A stretch of 16,648 bases of DNA from Fidelibacterota bacterium (GCA_043822705.1 JBDRBK010000101.1:1-16648), one strand, 5' to 3'; shown: positions 6,353 through 15,282, counted from the first letter of the stretch. Made by a program: numbers and translations. Notes: generated from the letters alone by a model not told the origin.

Positions 6353-8497
6353 ATGGGAACATTCGATGAATTAGCCGGAATGGATGAGATACTGGATGAT
6401 TTTGTAGTTGAGACCAACGAGCTGGTCGATACCCTGAACGAGGGTCTGCTGCAACTTGAAAATGAGGACTACGGGGAGGATCTGATCAACAGTATCTTCC
6501 GGGCTTTTCATACGATCAAGGGTACCAGTGGTTTTTTAAGTTTCGAATACTGTCAGAGTGTGTCCCACGCCGCCGAAGACGTTCTCAACCGAATTCGGAA
6601 TCATGAACTCGATCCGACAGCCGAAATCGTGGATGTGCTGTTGGAGAGTGTCGACTGGATCAAGGCCTTCGTGGTCGATGTGCAGGAACGGACTGATAAA
6701 GAATATGAAATTGATCAGTTACTCGTACAGTTGCGCGAATCAATGAAGTCGAACGGAAAGGCTGGCGGCCAGACCGTCAGTGCCAAAGCGGCGGCCGGCA
6801 GCGAACCGGTAACTAAAACGACTGATCTGGTAGCACCGGAGGAACTGGTCAACGAATTTGTGACCGAGACGCACGAAATTGTCGAAATTCTGAACAACGA
6901 TCTGTTGAGCCTGGAAATCGAGCCGGATAATGCCGATCTGGTCAACAGCGTCTTCCGGGCCTTCCACACCATCAAGGGCAACAGCGGCCTGCTGGGCATC
7001 ACCCAGATGTCCGAGCTGGCCCATAAATCGGAAGACGTGCTGAACCTGATCCGTAACGATAAACTGAATCCATCCGAAGAAGTCATCAATATCCTGCTGG
7101 CGTCGCTGGACTGGTTTAAAAAATATATTAGTGCGGCCAGTAAAAATAAAATTATCAATTATGACCTGACCTCTCTGGAAGGGCAGTTGGATAAACTGTT
7201 GAGTGTTTCCGATAACGGCAAGCCGGCCCAGCCGGCGGCCGGCAAGGTCAGCGATCCGGTCAAGACCGATCCCAAATCCAGCGCCCATCGGATCAATCAG
7301 ACCATCCGGGTCGATGTGGACCGGGTCGACAAACTGATGAATCTGGCGGGTGAGTTGATCCTGGAACGCAATCGTCTGGGACAAATCTCCAGCGAGCTGT
7401 CCCAATTGAATTTGAGCGATGCCGAGGTCGATAAGCTGTCGGGATTGAATAATTCACTCGGTTTTGTCACGACCGAAATTCAGGAAGCGATCATGCAGAT
7501 GCGGATGCTGCCGATCGCGGCCGTTTTCCGCAAATTCCCGCGGCTGGTGCGCGATCTGGCGCGGGACAAGAAAAAGAATATTGAATTGAAAATCACCGGT
7601 GAGGAGACCGAACTGGATCGTTCGGTAATCGAAGTGATCGGCGATCCGCTGGTGCATCTGCTGCGGAATGCCATCGATCATGGCATTGAAGATCCGCAAG
7701 TTCGCCGTCGGGCCGGTAAACCGGAACAGGGGACGATTCATCTGGTGGCCTTCCAGGAAGGGAACCAGATCGTCATTGAAATCAAGGATGACGGCGCCGG
7801 GATCGACCCCGAGAAAGTCATTGCCAAGGCACTGGAAAAAAAGATCGTCAGCCCGAAAGAGGCCGAGATCATGACCGAGCGTGACAAGATCAACCTGATT
7901 TTTCTGCCCGGTTTCAGTACCGCCAAACAGGTCACCGATGTATCCGGCCGCGGTGTCGGCATGGATGTCGTCAACTCCAATATTAAGAAAATTAATGGTG
8001 TGGTCGATGTCAAGACCGAACTCGGCATTGGTAGCGTCTTCACGATCAAGCTGCCTCTGACGCTGGCGATTCTGACCGGACTGATCATCCGGTCGCGCTC
8101 GGAGAAATACATTATTCCGTTGATATCGGTAATGGAGATTCTCAAGTTTGAAAAGCGGAATGTGTCGACGATCAAGAAGCGGGAAGTGATTTCTTTCCGC
8201 GACAAAATACTGCCCCTGATCCGCCTGGATGATTTACTCAAAATTCCGCCCCGGGCGGAGGAGGAATCGGAAGCCTATGTGGTGGTAGTATCGGTGGCGG
8301 AACGGACGATCGGACTGCTGGTGCACGAATTGCTGGGCCAGGAGGAGACCGTTATCAAACCACTGGGGAAATCCACCGGCAAGGTGCCCTACATATCCGG
8401 CGGAACGATCCGCGGTGATGGCAGTATTTCGTTGATTTTGGACGTGCCGGAAATGATCGAACTGATAACGCGCTATTATTACGGAAATAAGGCATGA
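6353..8497 (+). CDS. cheA: Chemotaxis histidine kinase CheA with two Hpt (P1) domains
   Basis: FRAFHTIKG occurs twice (H53, H205). Also present: dimerisation region TIRVDVDRVDKLMNLAGEL, N-box HLLRNAIDHGIE, G1 DDGAGID, F/G2 PGFSTAKQVTDVSGRGVGMDVV, and a C-terminal CheW-like P5. Confidence 0.97.
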   Translation: MGTFDELAGMDEILDDFVVETNELVDTLNEGLLQLENEDYGEDLINSIFRAFHTIKGTSGFLSFEYCQSVSHAAEDVLNRIRNHELDPTAEIVDVLLESVDWIKAFVVDVQERTDKEYEIDQLLVQLRESMKSNGKAGGQTVSAKAAAGSEPVTKTTDLVAPEELVNEFVTETHEIVEILNNDLLSLEIEPDNADLVNSVFRAFHTIKGNSGLLGITQMSELAHKSEDVLNLIRNDKLNPSEEVINILLASLDWFKKYISAASKNKIINYDLTSLEGQLDKLLSVSDNGKPAQPAAGKVSDPVKTDPKSSAHRINQTIRVDVDRVDKLMNLAGELILERNRLGQISSELSQLNLSDAEVDKLSGLNNSLGFVTTEIQEAIMQMRMLPIAAVFRKFPRLVRDLARDKKKNIELKITGEETELDRSVIEVIGDPLVHLLRNAIDHGIEDPQVRRRAGKPEQGTIHLVAFQEGNQIVIEIKDDGAGIDPEKVIAKALEKKIVSPKEAEIMTERDKINLIFLPGFSTAKQVTDVSGRGVGMDVVNSNIKKINGVVDVKTELGIGSVFTIKLPLTLAILTGLIIRSRSEKYIIPLISVMEILKFEKRNVSTIKKREVISFRDKILPLIRLDDLLKIPPRAEEESEAYVVVVSVAERTIGLLVHELLGQEETVIKPLGKSTGKVPYISGGTIRGDGSISLILDVPEMIELITRYYYGNKA

Positions 8498-9570
8498 TCA
8501 AAATTGTCGTAGTCGACGACTCGGCCTTCATGCGCAAGGCGCTGACCCTGATGCTGGAAAGCGATCCGGAAATCAAGGTCGTAGCCACCGCCCGGGATGG
8601 CGAAGAAGGATTTGAGAAGATCAAATTTCATCAGCCGGACTTGATCACGCTGGATATCGAAATGCCCTGGATGAACGGTCTCGAACTTTTGGATTTGATC
8701 CGCACCGATTTTCCCACGCCGGTCCTGGTGGTCAGTTCGATAACGACCGCCGGAGCGGAGGTGACGCTGGACGCGATGGAACGGGGGGCCGTGGATTTTA
8801 TTCCAAAATCACTGTCGTTTGTGGCGCTGGATATCGTGAATATCAAGCAGGATCTGCTGGCCAAGGTCAAGCTGATTGCCCGCCGATCGCGTTTCATGAA
8901 GACCCGCCGCCGTCTGAGCAGTAAAGTTGGGGCGACGACCGAGCGCGGTCAGGAGGAAAAAACATCGTCGTCGATTTTGCAGATCAATAATGTGCAGTGC
9001 GTCGCTATCGGTGTCTCCACCGGCGGGCCGCCGGTGGTGCAGAAAATACTGAGTCAGTTGCCGGCTGATTTTCCGGCCCCGATTGTAATCGCTCAGCACA
9101 TGCCTAAGGAATTCACCAAGAGTTTTGCCAACCGGCTGAATAGTAATTCGCCGTTGAACGTGAAAGAGGCCGAGACCGGTGATCGGATCGTGAAAGGGAA
9201 TGTATATATTGGCCAGGGTGGCCAACACCTGGTCATCCGCCGGCAGGGTTTCCAGGTCGTGGGGCACCTGACGACCCACCCGGAGGAACTTTTATACCAC
9301 CCGTCGGCCGATGTATTGATTTCATCGGTGGCCGAGGTTTACGGCTCCGGCGGGCTGGGCGTCATCCTGACCGGCATGGGGCACGACGGCCTCGAAGGTC
9401 TGCGCGAGCTGAAGCAACGTGGCGGTAAAATTCTGGCCCAGAACGAGGAGAGCTGCATAGTCTATGGAATGCCCAAAGCCGCCGTCGATGCGCGGATCGC
9501 CGATGCCGTATTGCCGGTAGAAGGAATTATTGCTTCATTAAATACATTAACAGCTAAAAGGAACTCATGA
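8494..9570 (+). CDS. cheB: Chemotaxis response regulator protein-glutamate methylesterase CheB (REC + methylesterase)
   Basis: REC domain (VVDDSAFMR, TLDIEMP, IPK) plus esterase motifs IGVSTGGP, IAQHMP, HPSADVL, LTGMGHDG and VYGMPKAA. Confidence 0.97.
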   Translation: MIKIVVVDDSAFMRKALTLMLESDPEIKVVATARDGEEGFEKIKFHQPDLITLDIEMPWMNGLELLDLIRTDFPTPVLVVSSITTAGAEVTLDAMERGAVDFIPKSLSFVALDIVNIKQDLLAKVKLIARRSRFMKTRRRLSSKVGATTERGQEEKTSSSILQINNVQCVAIGVSTGGPPVVQKILSQLPADFPAPIVIAQHMPKEFTKSFANRLNSNSPLNVKEAETGDRIVKGNVYIGQGGQHLVIRRQGFQVVGHLTTHPEELLYHPSADVLISSVAEVYGSGGLGVILTGMGHDGLEGLRELKQRGGKILAQNEESCIVYGMPKAAVDARIADAVLPVEGIIASLNTLTAKRNS

Positions 9571-9580
9571 GGCAGATATC

Positions 9581-9952
9581 ATGATCGATAAAAAGGTGCT
9601 TTTTGTAGAGGATTCTCCCACAATGCGGAGAATTATTATGAATACGCTGGCACGTTTGAATATTACCGATGTCATCGAAGCCGAGAACGGTAAAGATGCG
9701 CTGGAGAAACTGGGAAACCAGGAAATCGGCCTGGTCCTGACCGACTGGAACATGCCGGAAATGAATGGCGAACAACTGGTGGTGAATTTGCGGAAAGATC
9801 CGAATTACCAGGAAGTGCCGATCGTAATGATCACTACCCGGGGTATGAAGGAAGACGTAATGACGGCGATGAAAATCGGTGTCAACGGTTATGTCATCAA
9901 GCCTTTCACACCGGAAGTCCTGAAACAGAAAATCGAACAGATTATTTCATAA
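9581..9952 (+). CDS. cheY: Chemotaxis response regulator CheY
   Basis: Motifs VEDSPTMRRII, LTDWNMPEMNG, VPIVMITT and GVNGYVIKPFTPEVLKQKI. It lies next to the cheZ-like gene. Confidence 0.93.
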   Translation: MIDKKVLFVEDSPTMRRIIMNTLARLNITDVIEAENGKDALEKLGNQEIGLVLTDWNMPEMNGEQLVVNLRKDPNYQEVPIVMITTRGMKEDVMTAMKIGVNGYVIKPFTPEVLKQKIEQIIS

Positions 9953-9971
9953 ACTATAGGCAGGTAAAACT

Positions 9972-10592
9972 ATGAAAGAAATAAACGACCTTGACGGTGT
10001 CATCGATAAAGTACACGAGATCCGCGACTTTTTCCGATTCGGCGGTGAAATCATACCGTTTCTGGTGGAGCTTTTCAAGTTTTTGCAGGAAATTATTCCG
10101 CTGATCGCAGAGGCGAATTCATCGTTGCAGGAAAGCACCCACAAGCTGCCCACCGCTTCGGATAAAATCTCCCAGGTTTCCGAAAGTACCGAACTGGCCA
10201 CCCAGACGATCATGGATAAACTGGATAATATTTCCGCCAAAGTAACCGACTTTGCCAGTGACAATGGCAATGCCGGGCAGGTCGATGCCATCCAGAACGA
10301 CATTTTTGATATTATCAACGCTTTGCAGTTTCAGGACATTACCGCCCAGCAACTGGAACACGCCAACCGTATTCTGCTGGCCATCCATGAAAAGTTCCTG
10401 CATCTGTTTCAGTCCGTCAAGGCCATGGATACCAACAGCGCATTCCAGAAAAATCTCTTCGAACGGTTCATCGTTGCGGAAACAGTCGAGAAAATCGAAA
10501 ATGACCGCAAGGATTTCCAGCAGAAAACCGCCGACAAGGCCCGTATTTCCGGAAATTTTTCCCAGGATGACGTGGATAGTCTGTTTGGATAA
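9972..10592 (+). CDS. cheZ: CheZ-family CheY-P phosphatase
   Basis: TELATQTIMD, the catalytic-type motif LQFQDITAQQL (DxxxQ) and the C-terminal CheY-binding-type peptide SQDDVDSLFG. Confidence 0.85.
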   Translation: MKEINDLDGVIDKVHEIRDFFRFGGEIIPFLVELFKFLQEIIPLIAEANSSLQESTHKLPTASDKISQVSESTELATQTIMDKLDNISAKVTDFASDNGNAGQVDAIQNDIFDIINALQFQDITAQQLEHANRILLAIHEKFLHLFQSVKAMDTNSAFQKNLFERFIVAETVEKIENDRKDFQQKTADKARISGNFSQDDVDSLFG

Positions 10593-10616
10593 TACGACCA
10601 AGATGGAATTGAAATC

Positions 10617-10940
10617 ATGACGATGGGGGATATTTTGGACGAATTTGAATTCGGCCGGGACGATCAGTTGGAGCCGTTTGACGGCCGGCCGGCCGAAAAT
10701 GGAAATAAAATTCACCGCCGCACCGTTATCATCAAGAACGGTCTGGTGCGGAAATCGGATCCGGTGCGGGTGCGGGTGTCCGGCAATGGTAACGAAACCT
10801 TCCATCAGGGCTATATCCAGCCGTTGATGCAGGGGAACCAGATCGTCGGTGTCGTCAATACCTGCGCCTGTGGTAAAGTGACCGAAATCAGATTTGATTT
10901 TGCCGGCGTTGACTATCAACCGGAATTTTCGGCGGATTGA
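10617..10940 (+). CDS. Hypothetical 107-aa protein with a C-terminal CxCG motif
   Basis: The ORF fills the gap between cheZ and the DUF342 gene on the operon strand and contains IVGVVNTCACGKVTEIRF. The start may be ATG 10623. Confidence 0.7.
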   Translation: MTMGDILDEFEFGRDDQLEPFDGRPAENGNKIHRRTVIIKNGLVRKSDPVRVRVSGNGNETFHQGYIQPLMQGNQIVGVVNTCACGKVTEIRFDFAGVDYQPEFSAD

Positions 10941-10971
10941 CCATGGACGGGCTTACGCCACAGGAGCGCAC

Positions 10972-12387
10972 GTGAGTTCTCTGAAAATCAACCTTTCGGA
11001 TGACCGCATGGAAGCCCGGCTGGATCTATCCGCCGTTGCCGCCGACCAGCTTGCCCGTGATGAAATATTGCAGGCTTTGCAGCAGGCCGGTGTTGTTTTC
11101 GGGATCGATGAAGCAGCCGTCGACGATCTGTTAAGACGCCGTCCCGCCGTCGGCGAATTCGTGGTGGCCCGCGGTCTGCCAGCCCAGCCCGGTGAAGACG
11201 CCCGGTTGATGTGGAATATCGAATCGCAGTTGTCCACGCGCCCCCAGATAACCGAGCGGGGCATGGCGGATTTCAAACAGTTGTCGCTGTTCTACCCGGT
11301 GGTCAAGGACCAGGCGCTGGTCTGCAAACTGCCGGCCACCGCCGGGGTTGCCGGTCGAACGGTCATCGGCGAAACGATCAGTCATCCGGGTGCCGATGTG
11401 GCCTTTCCCAGTGGTGACAATATCTACCAATCGGCGGATGGACTGACCCTGCTGGCGGAAAAGAACGGCCATGTTTTCTGGGAAGGCGGACGTCTGCAGA
11501 TCGATACGGTTTTCCGGATCGATGGTGATGTTGATTATTCCACCGGCAATATCAAATTTGATGGCTCGGTGGCGATTGCCGGGGATGTCCGTACCGGATT
11601 TGAAGTCGCGGCTACTGGTTCGATTTTTATCGGCGGGACGGTGGAGGCGGCCACGATCTACTCTGAAACCGGCGACATCAGTATTACCGCCGGTGTTCTG
11701 GGGCGTGGCAAGGCCCGGATTTTTGCCGGTAACAACCTGACCTGCGCCTTTCTACAGGACGCTACAGTCGGCGTTCAGCAAGATATTCTGGTGGAACGTT
11801 ATATCATCAACTCCACCATCTCCGCTGGGGGCAAGATCGCACTGGGACCAACTGTCGGACTGATCCGCGGCGGGCACGTGACGGCGGAAACCATGATCGA
11901 GGCGCGCGAAATCGGCACGGAAAAAAATATACCGACCGAAATTATCCTGGGATCGAAGCACAGCCCCCGCGACAGCAGTGCCGAATGGGGCCTGCGGGAA
12001 GAGCGGACGGCGCTGGAAAACCGTTTGTCGGTGGTGATGAAAAGAATCCAGTTTCTCGAACTGCTCCGCAGCCGGCTGCCGAAATTGACAGCCGAACGGG
12101 AACTGGAACTGGAACAGTTATTGGTCGAAACCGACCAGGTCCGGCAGCAGTTGCAGGAAGCCGAAGATAAGGCCACCCGGCTGCACGATGACTGGAACCG
12201 GCGTAATATTAATAAACGGATCGTGGTCAGCGGCAGTCTGCACCGTAATGTTTATATTGAAGTCGGCGGTATCGGAATTCATACCGACCGTAAGTATGAT
12301 GGCGTGGTCCTGTCGCGCGTAAAAGACGATATCGATATCGGAAAATATTTCCCTGAAAATGAAAATGGCGAAGGTGAATTAACCTGA
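10972..12387 (+). CDS. fapA: DUF342 / FapA-family protein
   Basis: In-frame GTG at 10972 with SD AGGAG at 10962-10966, preferred over 10894. Motifs LSDDRMEARL, LQQAGVVFGIDE, VARGLPAQPGEDA, GRTVIGE, IDGDVDYSTGNIKFDGSVAIAGDV and GLIRGG, followed by a C-terminal coiled coil. Confidence 0.88.
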   Translation: MSSLKINLSDDRMEARLDLSAVAADQLARDEILQALQQAGVVFGIDEAAVDDLLRRRPAVGEFVVARGLPAQPGEDARLMWNIESQLSTRPQITERGMADFKQLSLFYPVVKDQALVCKLPATAGVAGRTVIGETISHPGADVAFPSGDNIYQSADGLTLLAEKNGHVFWEGGRLQIDTVFRIDGDVDYSTGNIKFDGSVAIAGDVRTGFEVAATGSIFIGGTVEAATIYSETGDISITAGVLGRGKARIFAGNNLTCAFLQDATVGVQQDILVERYIINSTISAGGKIALGPTVGLIRGGHVTAETMIEAREIGTEKNIPTEIILGSKHSPRDSSAEWGLREERTALENRLSVVMKRIQFLELLRSRLPKLTAERELELEQLLVETDQVRQQLQEAEDKATRLHDDWNRRNINKRIVVSGSLHRNVYIEVGGIGIHTDRKYDGVVLSRVKDDIDIGKYFPENENGEGELT

Positions 12388-13784
12388 TGGATAATCACAA
12401 GAATTTCTCGATTTTAATAATCGATGATGAAATCGACATCCTGGAACCGCTGAATATCTATTTGACCAGCAAAGGCTACGATGTCACCGGATTTACGGAT
12501 CCGCGGAAAGCACTGGAACACATGGCGCAGAATACCTATGATATGATCTTTACCGATCTCAAAATGCCTCATGTCAAAGGCATGGATATCGTTAAGGCGG
12601 TCCGGGATCGCGGTGTGGACACGAAAGTCGTCATCTTTACCGGGTATGCCTCGATTGATTCATCGATTGAAGCGCTGCAACTGGGAGTCTACGATTTTAT
12701 CCGCAAGCCATTCGTGCTGCGTGATATCGAGCGGGTGGTGGAACACGCCCGCGATCAACTGCGGCTGGAGCGGGAGAAAGCCGCCCTGAACAATTATATC
12801 GACCAGATGTATTCCAATATTTCCATGCTGTGCGATATCAGCACGATCCTGTACCAAGTTTCCGATTTCGAGACGGCGCTCGATATGGTGCTGTACACCA
12901 TGACCGACACCATTGGTGTGCGCAAGGCGGGACTGTTGATCAAGGATAAAATATCGGGCCGGTTCGCAATCCAGAAATCCAACGGGTTGGACTCCGAATT
13001 CGAACAGGCCTTTGTCTTCACGGGCAGCGACCTGATCAACCAGATGAAAATCGCCCCGGATGAGCCGACCGTCGTACCGATTGTCGCCGATGGACTGAAA
13101 ATCGCCGGCCAAACCGTTCCCGGCAGCTCCCGGTTCGACCAGTGTGTCCTGATTCCGGTGCAGTACCGCGAACATCTCTGCGGTTACATCAGCATCTTTG
13201 AAATGGACGATCCGGCGCCCCTGACACTGGAAGACAAACTTAAACTGTTGCGGATACTCTCGACCCAGGTGGCACCGATCATGTACGCTTCCAGCAAAGG
13301 GGACCAGGAAAGTCTGGCCCTGCGAACGATCGACCTGGCCAACATGGAAATGATCAATGCCAAAATGGCCACCGCCCGGGCGATGCAGAGCATTATCACC
13401 TTCGGATTGTTGAAAGTATCCAATCTGCGCGGCTTCGGCCGGCCGGAATCGCTGGAAAGTTACCTGGCCGGTTTGAAGACTGTAGTCCAGGAAAAACTCG
13501 GAATCGGGGCGACCCATATCTGGCTCACGGTGGACACACTGCTGTTGATCATGCCCGGCATCGATCAGGTGACCGGTGAATTGACTTGCCTGAAACTGAA
13601 AAAGAAAATCGAGGAATACAGCAGCGGTTTCAACCGCGAAGACGTCCTGGAGGTTAACCACACGCTGGTCAATTTCCCGAAAGAAGGTGAAACCGTTTCG
13701 GAGATTCTGCTGAAACTGTGGAATAATTTCCTCAGTGACCGAAACAGGGAAGCGGTGTGGCAAGAAAACAATGTAGTTACTTGA
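12387..13784 (+). CDS. Response regulator: REC + coiled coil + GAF-like + degenerate GGDEF-like domain
   Basis: REC (LIIDDE, FTDLKMP, FTGYASIDS, IRKPF); GAF-like region (CVLIPVQYREHLCGYISI...LLRILSTQVA); C-terminal region patterned like GGDEF with WLTVDTL at the active-site position. TGATG overlap with the upstream gene. Confidence 0.75.
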   Translation: MDNHKNFSILIIDDEIDILEPLNIYLTSKGYDVTGFTDPRKALEHMAQNTYDMIFTDLKMPHVKGMDIVKAVRDRGVDTKVVIFTGYASIDSSIEALQLGVYDFIRKPFVLRDIERVVEHARDQLRLEREKAALNNYIDQMYSNISMLCDISTILYQVSDFETALDMVLYTMTDTIGVRKAGLLIKDKISGRFAIQKSNGLDSEFEQAFVFTGSDLINQMKIAPDEPTVVPIVADGLKIAGQTVPGSSRFDQCVLIPVQYREHLCGYISIFEMDDPAPLTLEDKLKLLRILSTQVAPIMYASSKGDQESLALRTIDLANMEMINAKMATARAMQSIITFGLLKVSNLRGFGRPESLESYLAGLKTVVQEKLGIGATHIWLTVDTLLLIMPGIDQVTGELTCLKLKKKIEEYSSGFNREDVLEVNHTLVNFPKEGETVSEILLKLWNNFLSDRNREAVWQENNVVT

Positions 13785-13901
13785 TATTTCCCCGCTTAAA
13801 TTGCCCTTCAGGATATACATCCGATAGTCCGGTTTTGATTCTCAAGCAGGATATAGCAATTTCAATTCAGTATTCCATAGTATAGTTACAGGACTTCAGG
13901 T

Positions 13902-15278
13902 ATGAAGAATCTACTGATTGTCGATGACGACTACAGTTTGCGGACTGTTTTGCAGGAGGCCTTGAAAAACAGCGGCTATAATACGCTGGGTGCCAAGGAT
14001 GGTCAGGCTGCCCTGAAAGTGCTGGAGGCGGAACGGATCGATATGGTGATTTCCGATCTGATGATGCCGAATCTCAACGGTCTCGAATTATTAAGTCTGG
14101 TGCGGGAAAAATATCCCGATATCGGGTTTTTAATTATTACCGCTTACGGGACGATCGAGAAAGCGGTGGAAGCCATGAAGATCGGTGCCTTCGATTTTAT
14201 CACCAAGCCGTTTTCAATATCCCAGATCGAGTCGCGGGCGAGTCGCTTTTTTGAATTTATCTCTCTGAAAAAGGAAAATAAGAACCTCAAACGGCAATTG
14301 TCCTACAATCAGAAATACAACAAGCTGATCGGCCAATGCCCGCCGATGCAGAATGTATTCCGCCTGATCGACGTCGTAGCCGACAGCGATGCCGCCGTAT
14401 TCATTCAAGGGGAAAGCGGAACCGGCAAGGAATTGATCGCCCAGGCGATTCATGATAACAGCAGCCGCTCCGAAAAGGCGTTCATTAAAATCAATTGTTC
14501 GGCAATTCCGGAAACGCTGTTCGAAAGCTCGCTGTTCGGCCATGAGAAAGGCGCCTTCACCAACGCCATAAAGATGCACAAGGGATTTTTTGAAGAAGCC
14601 AACGGCGGCACGCTGCTGCTGGATGAAATCAGCGAAATTCCGATAACCATGCAGGCCAAGCTGCTGCGGGTCCTGCAGGAGAATACGATTAACCGGGTCG
14701 GCAGCAGTACCGAGATACCGGTGGATGTCCGCGTCATTGCCACCTCCAACCGTAAACTGGACCAGATGATTCATGACGATAAATTTCGCGAGGACCTGTT
14801 TTTCCGTCTGAATGTTTTTCCGATCAAACTGCCGCCCCTGCGGGAACGCAGCGATGATATTCCGTTGTTAATTGATCATTTTGTCAAAATTCTGAGCAAG
14901 AAATACGGTCATAAGGTCAAAAATGTGAGTCAGGATGTGGTCCAGGAACTGATGCTGCACAAATGGCCGGGCAATGTCCGGGAACTGGAAAATCTGGTGG
15001 AACGGGCGATCCTGTTTTCCGGTTCCGAAGAAACGATCACCCGCGAACATTTTGCCTTCGACACCGATCATGTGAAACCGGAATCCGTCGAAGAAGCGCC
15101 GCCGCCGCTTTCATCTCTGTCAGCGATGGAGAAAAAGATGATCAAGGTGGCCCTGCAGGAGACTAAAAACAATCGCACCCGCGCCGCTCAGATTCTAGGT
15201 ATCAGTGTGCGGACATTGCGGAATAAGCTGAACCTTTATGAGAGTTCCGGCGACAAGGACCTGCAGGAATATTATTGA
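13902..15278 (+). CDS. Sigma54-dependent response regulator (REC-AAA+-Fis HTH), FlrC/FleR/FlbD-like flagellar activator
   Basis: REC (VDDD, SDLMMP, ITAYG, KPF), Walker A GESGTGKE, GHEKGAFTNA, Walker B LLLDEISE, FREDLFFRLNV, WPGNVRELEN and HTH NNRTRAAQILGISVRTLRNKL. It lies directly upstream of flgB. Confidence 0.93.
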   Translation: MKNLLIVDDDYSLRTVLQEALKNSGYNTLGAKDGQAALKVLEAERIDMVISDLMMPNLNGLELLSLVREKYPDIGFLIITAYGTIEKAVEAMKIGAFDFITKPFSISQIESRASRFFEFISLKKENKNLKRQLSYNQKYNKLIGQCPPMQNVFRLIDVVADSDAAVFIQGESGTGKELIAQAIHDNSSRSEKAFIKINCSAIPETLFESSLFGHEKGAFTNAIKMHKGFFEEANGGTLLLDEISEIPITMQAKLLRVLQENTINRVGSSTEIPVDVRVIATSNRKLDQMIHDDKFREDLFFRLNVFPIKLPPLRERSDDIPLLIDHFVKILSKKYGHKVKNVSQDVVQELMLHKWPGNVRELENLVERAILFSGSEETITREHFAFDTDHVKPESVEEAPPPLSSLSAMEKKMIKVALQETKNNRTRAAQILGISVRTLRNKLNLYESSGDKDLQEYY

Positions 15279-15282
15279 ACCG

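Noticed and set aside
10894..10971. Longer N-terminus for the DUF342 ORF given in the ORF track
   Set aside because: It overlaps the upstream gene. GTG 10972 has a good SD and coincides with the start of family-like sequence.
12340..12352. Another exact GGAAA-ata-TTTCC palindrome
   Set aside because: It lies within the fapA coding sequence (GKYFP), and I found no -24/-12 element downstream. It also shows the motif can occur by chance, which tempers the enhancer claim.
12660..13820. 386-aa minus-strand ORF (and other long antisense ORFs such as 10119-10919, 6740-7405 and 2727-3335)
   Set aside because: They lie antisense to well-supported genes and have no recognisable motifs. They are typical codon-bias shadow ORFs.
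13797..13827. Sigma28-like promoter TAAA...TCCGATAG
   Set aside because: The spacer is 19 nt rather than about 15.
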